The translations under genes and the position numbers were made by a program. A stretch of DNA of 64,000 nt from Ilumatobacteraceae bacterium (lineage in GTDB: Bacteria > Actinomycetota > Acidimicrobiia > Acidimicrobiales > Ilumatobacteraceae), in assembly GCA_013213745.1 (NCBI GenBank), contig JABSQH010000010.1, forward strand, positions 42,293 through 106,292, written 5' to 3'. The notes under the pieces are model-generated. The model was not told the DNA's origin, ran no database searches, and worked only from the letters and a program-made list of their open reading frames with translations. This document shows positions 20,815 through 29,998 of the stretch, piece after piece; the stretch's first letter is position 1; each line of letters opens with the position of its first letter.

Positions 20815-21661
20815 AGACCACTGTCTTGCGCCCGTGCACCAGCACGCGGTGTTCCGCATGGGCGCGCACGGCGCGAGCGAGCACCATCGTCTCGAGGTCG
20901 CGACCCTTCTGGGTGAGCCGCGCCACATCGTCGCGATGTGAGACATGTTCGGTGTCTTGGGCGATGATCGGCCCTTCGTCGAGATCGGCAGTGGCGTAGT
21001 GCGCGGTCGCGCCGATCAGCTTGACCCCGCGGTCGTGTGCCTGGCGGTACGGGTTGGCCCCGATGAACGCTGGGAGGAACGAGTGATGGATGTTGATGAT
21101 CCGATGCGGATGTTCGCTGACGAAGTCGTCGGACAAGATCTGCATGTATCGGGCAAGCACGACAAGTTCGACCCGGTGTTCGGTGAGCGTTGTCATGATC
21201 GCCCGTTCCTGCTGCGGCTTGGTGTCCGCGGTGACCGGGAGGTGGACGTATGGCAGACCGAGGTGTTCGCAGAAATCGCGATGATCGGGATGGTTCGACA
21301 CCACGACGCGGACGTCGATCGGGAGCTCGCCCGACCGCCACCGACTGAGCACGTCATACAAGCAGTGCGGCTGGCGAGAGGCGAGCAGCGCCGTCGGGAT
21401 GAGTTCGTCAGTGAAGTGCAGCTCGGCGTGCATGACGAAGCGACTGGCGATCGGCGCGAAGGCGTCGAGGATGGCATCGCGATCGATTCCGAATCCATCG
21501 AGATCGAACTCGATGCGCTGAAAGAAGAATGCTTCGTCGCCGCTGCCGTCGACGTGCTGCTCGGCGTGAATGATGTTGCCATCGTGTTCGGCAATGAATG
21601 CCGCAGTGGCTGACACCACGCCGCGTCGATCAGGGCACGAGAGCAAGAACACCGCCGACAT
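20807..21661 (-). CDS. purU: Formyltetrahydrofolate deformylase
   Basis: Start at the ATG at 21661 (MSAVFLLSCPDRRGVVSATAAFIAEHDGNIIHAEQH, ACT domain). Formyltransferase core INIHHSFLPAFIGANPYRQAHDRGVKLIGATAHY. Confidence 0.9.
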   Translation of the reverse strand: MSAVFLLSCPDRRGVVSATAAFIAEHDGNIIHAEQHVDGSGDEAFFFQRIEFDLDGFGIDRDAILDAFAPIASRFVMHAELHFTDELIPTALLASRQPHCLYDVLSRWRSGELPIDVRVVVSNHPDHRDFCEHLGLPYVHLPVTADTKPQQERAIMTTLTEHRVELVVLARYMQILSDDFVSEHPHRIINIHHSFLPAFIGANPYRQAHDRGVKLIGATAHYATADLDEGPIIAQDTEHVSHRDDVARLTQKGRDLETMVLARAVRAHAEHRVLVHGRKTVVFS

Positions 21662-21698
21662 CGCGCCCTGTTCTATCGGTGTTCCCCAGCGGAACCGC

Positions 21699-22484
21699 CT
21701 ACCGTCGTAGGGCGTAGCAGGCAATGGCGGTGGCGGCAGCCGCATTCAGCGAGTCGACGCCATCGGCCATCGGTATGCGCACCGGCGTACCCCGCTCGAG
21801 CATCGTGTTGCTCAGCCCGTCGCGCTCGGATCCGACCAACAGTCCGACCGGTCCGGAACGGCGAACGTCGGCGATCACTGCGGCCTGCGGGTCGGGTGTC
21901 AGCGCCAGGAATTCGGTGTCCACCGCAGCGGCGACATCGCCGGCGAGCGCGGTGGTCCGAGCGTGGGGCAGTGCGAAGATGGTCCCCATCGCCGCGCGCA
22001 GCGCGCGACGCGACAGCGGGTCGGCGCTGGTGTGGTCGAGTACCAGTGCATCCCATCCGAGCCCAACGGCGTTGCGCACGATGGCACCGACGTTGGCTGG
22101 GTTGTCGATCCCCTCCAGCACGACGACACGCTTGCTCTGTGTGAGCAGGTCGCGCGCCGACGGCCGCGCGGGCCGTTCGAACAGCGCAACGATGCGCTGA
22201 GGCATGCCCAGACGTGTCACTGCTTGGCGCACCTGTTCACCGGCGGCGTACACCGGACAGTCGAGTCGCTCGGCGATCGACGGTGGGCGATTCCGGTCGA
22301 CCAGGCCGGCCACTGGCACACATCCGGCGTCGAGGGCACGTTCGACGACGAGGTCACCCTCGGCGAGAAACAGGCCGGCCCCGGCGTCGTCGCGTTTGTC
22401 GGCTCGGCTGGCGAGGCCGCGTTCGTTCAGGCGGAAAGCGGCGTAGCGCTCGTCGTCGGGATCATCGAGGATGATCATCGGCAC
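21699..22484 (-). CDS. TrmH/SpoU-family RNA 2'-O-methyltransferase
   Basis: SpoU motifs LEGIDNPANVGAIVRNAVGLGWDALVL, LLVGSERDGLS, RIPMADGVDSLNAAAATAIACYAL. Confidence 0.88.
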   Translation of the reverse strand: MPMIILDDPDDERYAAFRLNERGLASRADKRDDAGAGLFLAEGDLVVERALDAGCVPVAGLVDRNRPPSIAERLDCPVYAAGEQVRQAVTRLGMPQRIVALFERPARPSARDLLTQSKRVVVLEGIDNPANVGAIVRNAVGLGWDALVLDHTSADPLSRRALRAAMGTIFALPHARTTALAGDVAAAVDTEFLALTPDPQAAVIADVRRSGPVGLLVGSERDGLSNTMLERGTPVRIPMADGVDSLNAAAATAIACYALRR

Positions 22485-22493
22485 GATGCTGTG

Positions 22494-23402
22494 TCAGAAG
22501 TGATACGGATGACTCGACCAGTCGGCGGGCCGCTTCTCGAGGAAGCTGTCACGCCCTTCGCGCGCTTCCTCGGTGCCGTACGCCAGACGGGTCGTCTCGC
22601 CGGCGAACACCTGCTGACCGACGAGGCCGTCATCGACCAGGTTGAAGGCGAACTTCAACATGCGCTGCGCCGTCGGACTCTTGGCGCAGATCTCGCGGCC
22701 CCACTGCAGCGCTGTTGCTTCGAGCTCACCATGTGGAACCGCTTCGTTGACGGCGCCCATTTCAACCATTCGTTGCGCGTCGTATTCGCGGCCGAGGAAG
22801 AAGATCTCGCGGGCGAACTTCTGGCCGACCTGGCGCGCCAGATATCCCGAGCCGAAGCCGCCGTCGAAGCTGGCGACGTCGGCATCGGTCTGCTTGAACC
22901 GCGCATGTTCGCGACTGGCGAGCGTCAGGTCGGATACGACGTGCAGCGAATGGCCACCGCCGGCCGCCCAGCCTGGCACCACGCAGATCACGACCTTGGG
23001 CATGAAGCGGATCAGGCGTTGCACCTCGAGGATGTGCAGGCGCCCCGCACGCGCCGGGTCGATCGAGTCCGCAGTCTCGTCGTCTGCGTACTTGTATCCG
23101 TCGGCGCCGCGGATGCGTTGGTCACCGCCGGAGCAGAACGCCCAGCCGCCATCTCGGGGTGAGGGGCCGTTGCCGGTGAGCAGCACGCAACCGACGTCGG
23201 TCGACATGCGGGCGTGGTCGAGGGCGCGATACAGCTCGTCGACCGTGTGTGGTCGGAACGCGTTGCGCACCTCGGGGCGGTCGAAGGCGATGCGTACCAC
23301 TCCCGCGTCGACGGCGCGGTGGTAGGTGATGTCGGTGAACTCGAAACCGTCGACGGTCGTCCACGCGTCGGGGTCGAACAGGTCTGAGGGAGCACTCGGC
23401 AT
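22494..23402 (-). CDS. menB: 1,4-dihydroxy-2-naphthoyl-CoA synthase
   Basis: Start at the ATG at 23402 (MPSAPSDLFD). MenB-type crotonase with GNGPSPRDGGWAFCSGGDQRIRG and the C-terminal EAREGRDSFLEKRPADW. Confidence 0.9.
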   Translation of the reverse strand: MPSAPSDLFDPDAWTTVDGFEFTDITYHRAVDAGVVRIAFDRPEVRNAFRPHTVDELYRALDHARMSTDVGCVLLTGNGPSPRDGGWAFCSGGDQRIRGADGYKYADDETADSIDPARAGRLHILEVQRLIRFMPKVVICVVPGWAAGGGHSLHVVSDLTLASREHARFKQTDADVASFDGGFGSGYLARQVGQKFAREIFFLGREYDAQRMVEMGAVNEAVPHGELEATALQWGREICAKSPTAQRMLKFAFNLVDDGLVGQQVFAGETTRLAYGTEEAREGRDSFLEKRPADWSSHPYHF

Positions 23403-23438
23403 CCGACCATCCTGCCGGATCGAAGTATCGTCGCCCAC

Positions 23439-24224
23439 ATGCCCTTCGCCGACGTCAACGGCCAACGAATCCGCTTCGAGGACACCGGGGGCGATGGCCC
23501 CGTCGTCGTGTTGTCACATGGCTTCTTGATGAACCACACGATGTTCGATGCGCAGGTGGCGGCGCTGCGCGACGAGTACCGCGTCATCGCATGGGATGAA
23601 CGGGGATTCGGCGACACCGAGTTCGATGGTCAGCCGTTCACGTACTGGGACTCGGCGAGGGACCTCTTGGCGTTGCTCGATCACCTTGTGATCGAGCGGG
23701 CCGTGCTCGGCGGCATGAGCCAGGGGGGATTCATATCGCTCCGCGCGGCGCTCTTGGCTCCTGAGCGGGTGGCCGGGCTGATCCTCCTCGATACGCAGGC
23801 GGGAGTGGAAGCACCCGAGATCGTGCCGGCGTACGACCAGATGATCGAGACGTGGATGAGCGCTGGACCCGTCGACGAGCTGGCCGAGGCGATCGCAGCG
23901 ATCATCATCGACGATGCTGACCACCATCCCGCCTGGATCAGCCACTGGCGATCGCACCCTCGAGAACGGATCGAGCAGCCGTATCGCTGTCTCATGAGCC
24001 GAGACGACATCACCGATCGCCTCGGGGATATCGACATCCCCGCCTTGGTCGTGCACGGCGACAACGACACGGCGATCTCGATGGAATGCGCCGAGATCCT
24101 CGCCGAGGGGCTCCCCGGTGCGTCCGGTGTCGTGGTCGCGGCCGGAGCGCACGCAGTCAACATGACCAATCCTGAACCGGTCAACGCAGCGATACGCGAG
24201 TTCCTCGCGTCGATCTCGTACTGA
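23439..24224 (+). CDS. Alpha/beta hydrolase
   Basis: HGFLMNH oxyanion region, nucleophile elbow GGMSQGG, C-terminal GAHAVN (His). Confidence 0.8.
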   Translation: MPFADVNGQRIRFEDTGGDGPVVVLSHGFLMNHTMFDAQVAALRDEYRVIAWDERGFGDTEFDGQPFTYWDSARDLLALLDHLVIERAVLGGMSQGGFISLRAALLAPERVAGLILLDTQAGVEAPEIVPAYDQMIETWMSAGPVDELAEAIAAIIIDDADHHPAWISHWRSHPRERIEQPYRCLMSRDDITDRLGDIDIPALVVHGDNDTAISMECAEILAEGLPGASGVVVAAGAHAVNMTNPEPVNAAIREFLASISY

Positions 24225-24226
24225 CT

Positions 24227-24979
24227 ATGTCGCACGTCGAGATCGTCGGTATCGACGGACTTCCTGAGATCTCTCCCGGGGACGATCTGGGCGAGATGAT
24301 TCACGCCGCGGCCATTGCCCAGGGCTGGCCGCTCGCCGACGGCGACGTGCTCGTCGTCGGATCGAAGATCGTGTCGAAGGCCGAGGGCTGCGGTATCGAG
24401 CTCGATCAGGTGGCGCCGTCGGATTTCGCGCTCGCGTGGTCCGAACAGTGGGACAAGGACCCGCGGCTCGTCGAGGTCGTGCTCGGTCAGTCGCGACGGA
24501 TCGTCCGCCAGATGGGGCCGGTGCTGATCACCGAGACACATCACGGGTTCGTGTGTGCCAACAGCGGCGTCGACCAGTCGTCGAGTGGGGCCGCAGGCCG
24601 CGTGTTGGTGCTCCCATCGGATCCAGATGCGTCAGCGGCACGAATCCGCGAGCGTTGCGCCGATCTCGGTGTCGATGTCGCCGTTGTCGTCAGCGACACC
24701 TTCGGACGTCCGTGGCGAACGGGCCAAACCGACATCGCTATCGGCATCTCAGGGATGTCGCCGCTGTACGGCTACCAAGGACAGTTCGATCCACACGGCC
24801 ACGAGTTCAAGGTGCAGGAGCTGTGTGTGGCCGACGAACTCGCTGCGGCCGCCGAGTTGGTGAAGGGCAACACCAGCCGCGTGCCGGTGGGCGTGGTTCG
24901 TGGCTACCCGTGGGAGCGCGATGACGCAGCGACGATGGCGCCGGTCATTCGCGACACGTCGACCGACCTGTTCCGATAG
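24227..24979 (+). CDS. cofE: Coenzyme F420-0:L-glutamate ligase (stand-alone CofE type)
   Basis: LADGDVLVVGSKIVSKAEG, ITETHHGFVCANSGVDQSS, VVVSDTFGRPWRTGQTDIAIGISG. 250 aa, with no fused nitroreductase domain. Confidence 0.85.
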   Translation: MSHVEIVGIDGLPEISPGDDLGEMIHAAAIAQGWPLADGDVLVVGSKIVSKAEGCGIELDQVAPSDFALAWSEQWDKDPRLVEVVLGQSRRIVRQMGPVLITETHHGFVCANSGVDQSSSGAAGRVLVLPSDPDASAARIRERCADLGVDVAVVVSDTFGRPWRTGQTDIAIGISGMSPLYGYQGQFDPHGHEFKVQELCVADELAAAAELVKGNTSRVPVGVVRGYPWERDDAATMAPVIRDTSTDLFR

Positions 24980-24988
24980 CGGTCGCGC

Positions 24989-26350
24989 TCAGCCGACGAG
25001 TTCTTTGGAGATGCCGTAGAAGTAGTTGCCGGACAGCCCGAGCGACGCGACGTCGATCCGTTCGTCGTTGCCGTGGAAGCGCGAACCGAATGTGGGCAGG
25101 TCGACACCCGGGGAGAACAGGCCGGTGCCGTAGGCGATGCTGCCGCGGCTGCGGTAGAAGCGGGCGTCGGTGCCGCCGACGACCAGGCCCGGGACGAGCG
25201 TGGCGCCCGGATACGCGACTTGGGTGTGCTTGGCGACTGCATCCCACAGAGGGTTGCCCTCGCCGTAGGCGGACGTCGTCGGGTCATACTGCTGCAGTGT
25301 TGACACCTCGACGTGCTCGTACAGCTCGCCGAGCGCGTCTCGGAGGTGGGCCTCGACGTCGGCTGCGGTGGTGCCGGGGACGGTGCGGATGTCGACATCG
25401 AGATCGATCACGTCGGGGACCGTGTTGGTCTTCTGTCCGCCGTGGATCACATTCGGTGAGAACGTCGTATGCGATTGCGCATGACACACCCGTGCGATCG
25501 GGGCGGGGAGCTGATCGATCACCTCGAGGATGCGCTCTGGCGACTTGAGACCGGCGCGGATGTCGTCGGGTAGTGGCAACGTGTCGACTTGGGCGCGCCA
25601 GACGTCGTCGATGTGTGGCGCGGCCTGATACTGGCCAAGCCGCTGCACGATCGCGGCCGCCTTGACGAGGGCATTGTCGCCGCCGAAGGGGATGGAGCCA
25701 TGACCGGGTGTCCCACGCACGCGCAGCCGTCGCCAGGCCAAACCCTTCTCGCCGACGTTAATCGTGACCGAACGCTGGCCGTGGCCGTCGATCGACGACC
25801 ACCCACCGAGCTCGGTCAGCACGTAGTCGGCTGCGATTGCGTCCCAGTGGTGCTCGGCCATCCACTCCGCCCCCCAGGTGCCGCCACTCTCTTCGTCGCC
25901 GACCCCGAAGTAGACGAGATCCCCCTTCGGTTGGAACCCTTCGTCGGCCAGTCGTCGGAACACGATGGCCATCGAAGAGGTCAGGTTGAGCATGTCGATC
26001 GCCCCGCGGCCCCACACCTCGGGGCCGTTGTCCGAGTCGATGACCTCGCCGCCGAAGGGATCTTCACGCCATCCGTCGACGTTCACCGGGACGACGTCGG
26101 TGTGACCCATCAGACACAGCGACGGGGCATCGGGGTCGGTGCCCTGGATGCGCGCCACAATCGAATCACGACCAGCGCGCGGCGTGAATCGGGCGACGTC
26201 CAGACCGGCTCCCTCGAGGTAGTGCTGCAGCACGTCGGCGTTGCGTGTTTCGTGTCCCGAATCGGGAGTGCCGTCGTTGACGCACTCGTTGCGGATCAAC
26301 GTCTGCAAGAGTTCGGTCGTCGGTCCGGTGAACTCGTTCGGGGACGCCAT
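24989..26350 (-). CDS. M20/M25/M40 family metallopeptidase (dipeptidase-like)
   Basis: LMGHTDVVPV, WGRGAIDMLN, GVGDEESGG. 453 aa. Confidence 0.85.
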   Translation of the reverse strand: MASPNEFTGPTTELLQTLIRNECVNDGTPDSGHETRNADVLQHYLEGAGLDVARFTPRAGRDSIVARIQGTDPDAPSLCLMGHTDVVPVNVDGWREDPFGGEVIDSDNGPEVWGRGAIDMLNLTSSMAIVFRRLADEGFQPKGDLVYFGVGDEESGGTWGAEWMAEHHWDAIAADYVLTELGGWSSIDGHGQRSVTINVGEKGLAWRRLRVRGTPGHGSIPFGGDNALVKAAAIVQRLGQYQAAPHIDDVWRAQVDTLPLPDDIRAGLKSPERILEVIDQLPAPIARVCHAQSHTTFSPNVIHGGQKTNTVPDVIDLDVDIRTVPGTTAADVEAHLRDALGELYEHVEVSTLQQYDPTTSAYGEGNPLWDAVAKHTQVAYPGATLVPGLVVGGTDARFYRSRGSIAYGTGLFSPGVDLPTFGSRFHGNDERIDVASLGLSGNYFYGISKELVG

Positions 26351-26369
26351 CGTCCGAACCTACCGCGCC

Positions 26370-28916
26370 TCAATCAAGGCGCCGGATCGGGCCCGTCGTG
26401 CGGTCGTGGCGCTCCAGCACGATCTTCGCATCGGCGATCGCCGTACCGTCGCCTGAGACCATGACTGGATTGAGATCGAGCTCCTGTATCTCAGGGTGGT
26501 CCGATGCCAGCTGCGCCGCCTGTACCACCGCGTCGACCATCGGCGTCGGGTCGAATCCGGCGCGATCGAGGGCATCCATCGCCCTCGATTCGCCCAGCAT
26601 CGCCCGTGCCGCCGCCGGCGATACGGGGGCGAGTCGCTCGACACGATCGCCGATCGCGTCGGCCTGCGCGCCGCCGAGCCCGACCGCGACGATCGGGCCG
26701 AGTCGGTCGTCGAGGGTGCAGTGAATTCGCAGGTCGACCCCGGGAGGCGCCATCTCCTGCACGATCAGGTCGCGAGCGTCATCGCCCAACGAGTCGGTCA
26801 TCGTTGTGATGGCCTCGATGACATCGTCGTCGGTGTTGAGGTCGAGTGCCACGCCAGCGCGCGCCGAGCGCCCAGGTCGGCGACGCGTGGACTTGATCGC
26901 CAGTGGGTAGCCGATCTGGCGAGCCACCTCGAGCGCCGTCGCTGGGGTGGCTTCGCTCGCCGAGGGCATCGCCAGGCCGTAGGCCAGCAGGATCTCGTGT
27001 TCGTGCCGCAATGGCGCGACCACCTGCACCTCTGCCTGGAGCGCGTCGTCGATCGCCTGTTTGGCGCGTTCGGGGTCAACCGGGCGAACCGGGCCGGTGG
27101 CCGCTGCGGCCTCGGCCGCAAGCCACCGCCCGTACGCCCGCGAACGGCCGAGCACCGCCGCTGCCGGTTCTGGGAAGGAAAAGGTGGGAACCGCCGAGCC
27201 GGTGGTGATCGGGCCGTCGTTGCCGCCCAGCACGACGGCGACCACCGGCTTGTCGGCGCCGTCGGCAGCGGCGTGGACGGCGCTGCTCACGGAGTCGAGA
27301 TCGCTGACGACAGCGGGCGCGTAGATCACGAGTACAGCATCCACGTCGGGGTGCCCAAGGTTGGCGTCGAGCGCTGCCTCATAGTCCTCCGGGCTGGCTC
27401 GCCAGCCGACGGGATGCGGAGGTTCGATCGGGTCGAGGCCGTGGGCTTCGAGCGCGGCCGCGGCCAGCGTCCCCGGACTGCGCGAGTTGGTGAGCACGGC
27501 GACGCAGTCGCCACGAAGCACCGGCTGGGTGGCGAGCACGCGCGCCGTGTCGAGCAGGGACTGCACGGTCGGCACCTCGATCAGGCCCGCCTGCTCGAAG
27601 AGCGCAGAGCCCGCACGGCTGCTTGCTGCGCCGGTACGGACCGCAACGATCGGGCGCGACATCGACACCCGTCGTGCGATTCTGGCGAACTTGGACGGGT
27701 TGCCGAAGCTCTCGGTGTAGAGGGCGATCACCGTTGTGGAGGCATCTGTCTCCCAGAACTGCAACAGGTCGTTGGCCGAGATATCGGACTTGTCACCGAG
27801 CGACACGAACCAGCTGACTCCCATGTGTAGCCGTGCCGCTGCGCGCAGCAACGAGGCCCCGAGCGTGCCTGACTGCATCGAGATGGCGACACCCCCGGGA
27901 GGCAGGGTGATATCGACGAGCGAGGCCTGGAGGCGACTGGCAGGGTGCAGTGATGCAACGCCCATGCTCGACGGGCCGATGATCCGCAGTCCGTTGCGGC
28001 GGGCGCGGCGGACCAAGGCCTCGACGTCGATGCTCGGTCCGCCAGCAGCGTCTCCGTCGAGATTGGTGACGACGACAGCACCGCGCATCCGTTTGGCGAT
28101 GCACGCATCGATCGTCTCGGGCAGCGTTGCGGCAGGGACAGCGATGATCGCCAGTGAGACGTCGTCCGGCAGTTCCTCGGTGCGTGCGTATGCGGGCGCG
28201 CCGCCGAGTTCGGGCTGGCGCGGATTGACGGCGTAGACGGGAACGTCGACGCTGTTGGTGACGTTCGTCCACAGCGATGCCCCGACGGTGCCCGGGCGAT
28301 CCGATGCGCCAATCACTGCGATGGCGCGAGGAAGGAGCACACGCGCCACGGCGCGCGAGTCGGCACGGTGTTCGCGCCGTTCGACGCTGTCGATGAACTC
28401 GGCGGTCGTGTCGAGTTCCCAGTCGAGGTCGACCACCCCGGATTCAAAACGCCGTTGTAGCGGCCACCCGGCCTTGGCGAACACCGCCAGCATCGCGCGG
28501 TTGTCGCCGAGCACCTCGGCGGTGAACCGAGTGATGCCGTTGGAGCGTGCGATCGCGGCAAGGTGCTCGAGGAGCAGTGTGGCGATGCCTTCGCCGTGGC
28601 GCTCGTCGTCGACCATGAACGCCGCTTCGGCTTCGTCGCGTCCGGGCCAGCGTTCGTAGCTCGCCCACGCGATGAACTCGTCGTGCGAGGTCACCACCAG
28701 TGCAGCTCGCTCGTTCATATCGACGGTGGTGAAGTGCTCGAGCTCGCGTGCGGACAGCTCGGGCTTGGGCGAGAAGAACCGGCGGTACACGCTCTCGGGT
28801 GACTGGCGGAGGTGGAACGCCGCGAGGTCGTGCTGATCGGCCGGTTCGATCGGCCGGATGAACGCGGTCTCGCCGCTCCCCAGCACGACGGAAGAGGCCC
28901 ATGGCGACGATGACAC
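26370..28916 (-). CDS. Bifunctional GNAT N-acetyltransferase / NDP-forming acyl-CoA synthetase-like protein (PatA-type protein lysine acetyltransferase architecture)
   Basis: N-terminal GNAT (AFMVDDERHGEGIATLLLEHLAAIARSNGITRFTAEVLGDNRAMLAVF). Then a CoA-binding region (AIAVIGASDRPGTVGASLW), a succinyl-CoA-ligase-like region and an ATP-grasp region. The start is placed at the GTG at 28916 (the GTG at 28952 is also possible). The upstream 145 codons of the ORF are Arg-rich and antisense to the HDAC gene. Confidence 0.8.
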   Translation of the reverse strand: MSSSPWASSVVLGSGETAFIRPIEPADQHDLAAFHLRQSPESVYRRFFSPKPELSARELEHFTTVDMNERAALVVTSHDEFIAWASYERWPGRDEAEAAFMVDDERHGEGIATLLLEHLAAIARSNGITRFTAEVLGDNRAMLAVFAKAGWPLQRRFESGVVDLDWELDTTAEFIDSVERREHRADSRAVARVLLPRAIAVIGASDRPGTVGASLWTNVTNSVDVPVYAVNPRQPELGGAPAYARTEELPDDVSLAIIAVPAATLPETIDACIAKRMRGAVVVTNLDGDAAGGPSIDVEALVRRARRNGLRIIGPSSMGVASLHPASRLQASLVDITLPPGGVAISMQSGTLGASLLRAAARLHMGVSWFVSLGDKSDISANDLLQFWETDASTTVIALYTESFGNPSKFARIARRVSMSRPIVAVRTGAASSRAGSALFEQAGLIEVPTVQSLLDTARVLATQPVLRGDCVAVLTNSRSPGTLAAAALEAHGLDPIEPPHPVGWRASPEDYEAALDANLGHPDVDAVLVIYAPAVVSDLDSVSSAVHAAADGADKPVVAVVLGGNDGPITTGSAVPTFSFPEPAAAVLGRSRAYGRWLAAEAAAATGPVRPVDPERAKQAIDDALQAEVQVVAPLRHEHEILLAYGLAMPSASEATPATALEVARQIGYPLAIKSTRRRPGRSARAGVALDLNTDDDVIEAITTMTDSLGDDARDLIVQEMAPPGVDLRIHCTLDDRLGPIVAVGLGGAQADAIGDRVERLAPVSPAAARAMLGESRAMDALDRAGFDPTPMVDAVVQAAQLASDHPEIQELDLNPVMVSGDGTAIADAKIVLERHDRTTGPIRRLD

Positions 28917-28978
28917 GTCGCCAGCTTGGCAGGCAACGAACGTCGCAACCACCCGTCCGCGTCGTAGGGTGGTCGATC

Positions 28979-29986
28979 GTGGGTTCGCCGATCCTGGTCT
29001 TTGCGTCTGCCGAGGCCGATCAACACGCGACACCGCCGTGGCACCCGGAGCGGCCCGACCGACTCGTTGCTGCGCTCGACGGGATTTCAGCTGCGGGACT
29101 GATCGACGCAGTCGAGTTCCGTCCTCCGCACTTGGCGACTCCAGAGCAGCTCGGGCTGGTGCACGATGCCGAGTACGTCGCAGCGATCGAGCGGTTCTGT
29201 GCGGCGGGGGGCGGGGATCTCGACCCCGACACGTACGCCTCGCCGGGCTCGTGGAACACCGCACGCGCCGCCGCCGGCGCGGTGCTCGATGCCGTCGATG
29301 CGCTTCGGGCGGGTGAGTGCGACGTCGCCTTCGCCGCCGGCCGGCCACCTGGTCATCACGCGGTTCCCGACAGGGCGATGGGTTTCTGCCTGTTCAACAA
29401 CGTGTCGGTCGCAGCTGCAGAGCTCGCGGAGCGGGGCGAACGTGTGGCGATCGTCGACTGGGACGTCCATCACGGCAACGGCACACAGGACATCTTCTAC
29501 GACGACCCGCGGGTGATGTACGTGTCGCTGCACGAATCACCCCTGTACCCCGGCACCGGCCGGGCTGCTGAGACCGGTGGTGCCGGAGCACCGCGCAGCA
29601 CGCTCAACCTGCCCTTCCCGGCCGGCACACGGGGCGACGTGTATCGCCGGGCTGTCGACGAGGTCGTTGCACCGATCATCGCTGAGTTCGCGCCCGACTG
29701 GCTCCTGATCTCGGCGGGATTCGATGGTCACCGCGCCGATCCGCTCGCCGGGCTCGAACTGACCGCAGCGGATTATGCGGATCTCGCCGTGCGGCTCCAG
29801 CAGCTGGTGCCGGCGCAACGCACGGCGGTGGTTCTCGAAGGCGGATACGACCTCGATGCCCTGCGGTACTCGACCGGGGCGACGCTCGCCGCCCTCATCG
29901 GCGAGCCGTATCGCCCTGAGCGTGCGAGTGGTGGCGAGGTCGGCGCACCGACGATCGTCGCTGCGCGGCAACACTGGGATCTCTGA
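28979..29986 (+). CDS. Histone deacetylase-family (AcuC/arginase-fold) deacetylase
   Basis: RPPGHHA, GFCLFNNVSVAA, IVDWDVHHGNGTQDIFY, LEGGYD. The start is uncertain: GTG at 28979, or ATG at 28901 or 28910. Confidence 0.85.
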   Translation: MGSPILVFASAEADQHATPPWHPERPDRLVAALDGISAAGLIDAVEFRPPHLATPEQLGLVHDAEYVAAIERFCAAGGGDLDPDTYASPGSWNTARAAAGAVLDAVDALRAGECDVAFAAGRPPGHHAVPDRAMGFCLFNNVSVAAAELAERGERVAIVDWDVHHGNGTQDIFYDDPRVMYVSLHESPLYPGTGRAAETGGAGAPRSTLNLPFPAGTRGDVYRRAVDEVVAPIIAEFAPDWLLISAGFDGHRADPLAGLELTAADYADLAVRLQQLVPAQRTAVVLEGGYDLDALRYSTGATLAALIGEPYRPERASGGEVGAPTIVAARQHWDL

Positions 29987-29998
29987 CCGCCGGCCGAC

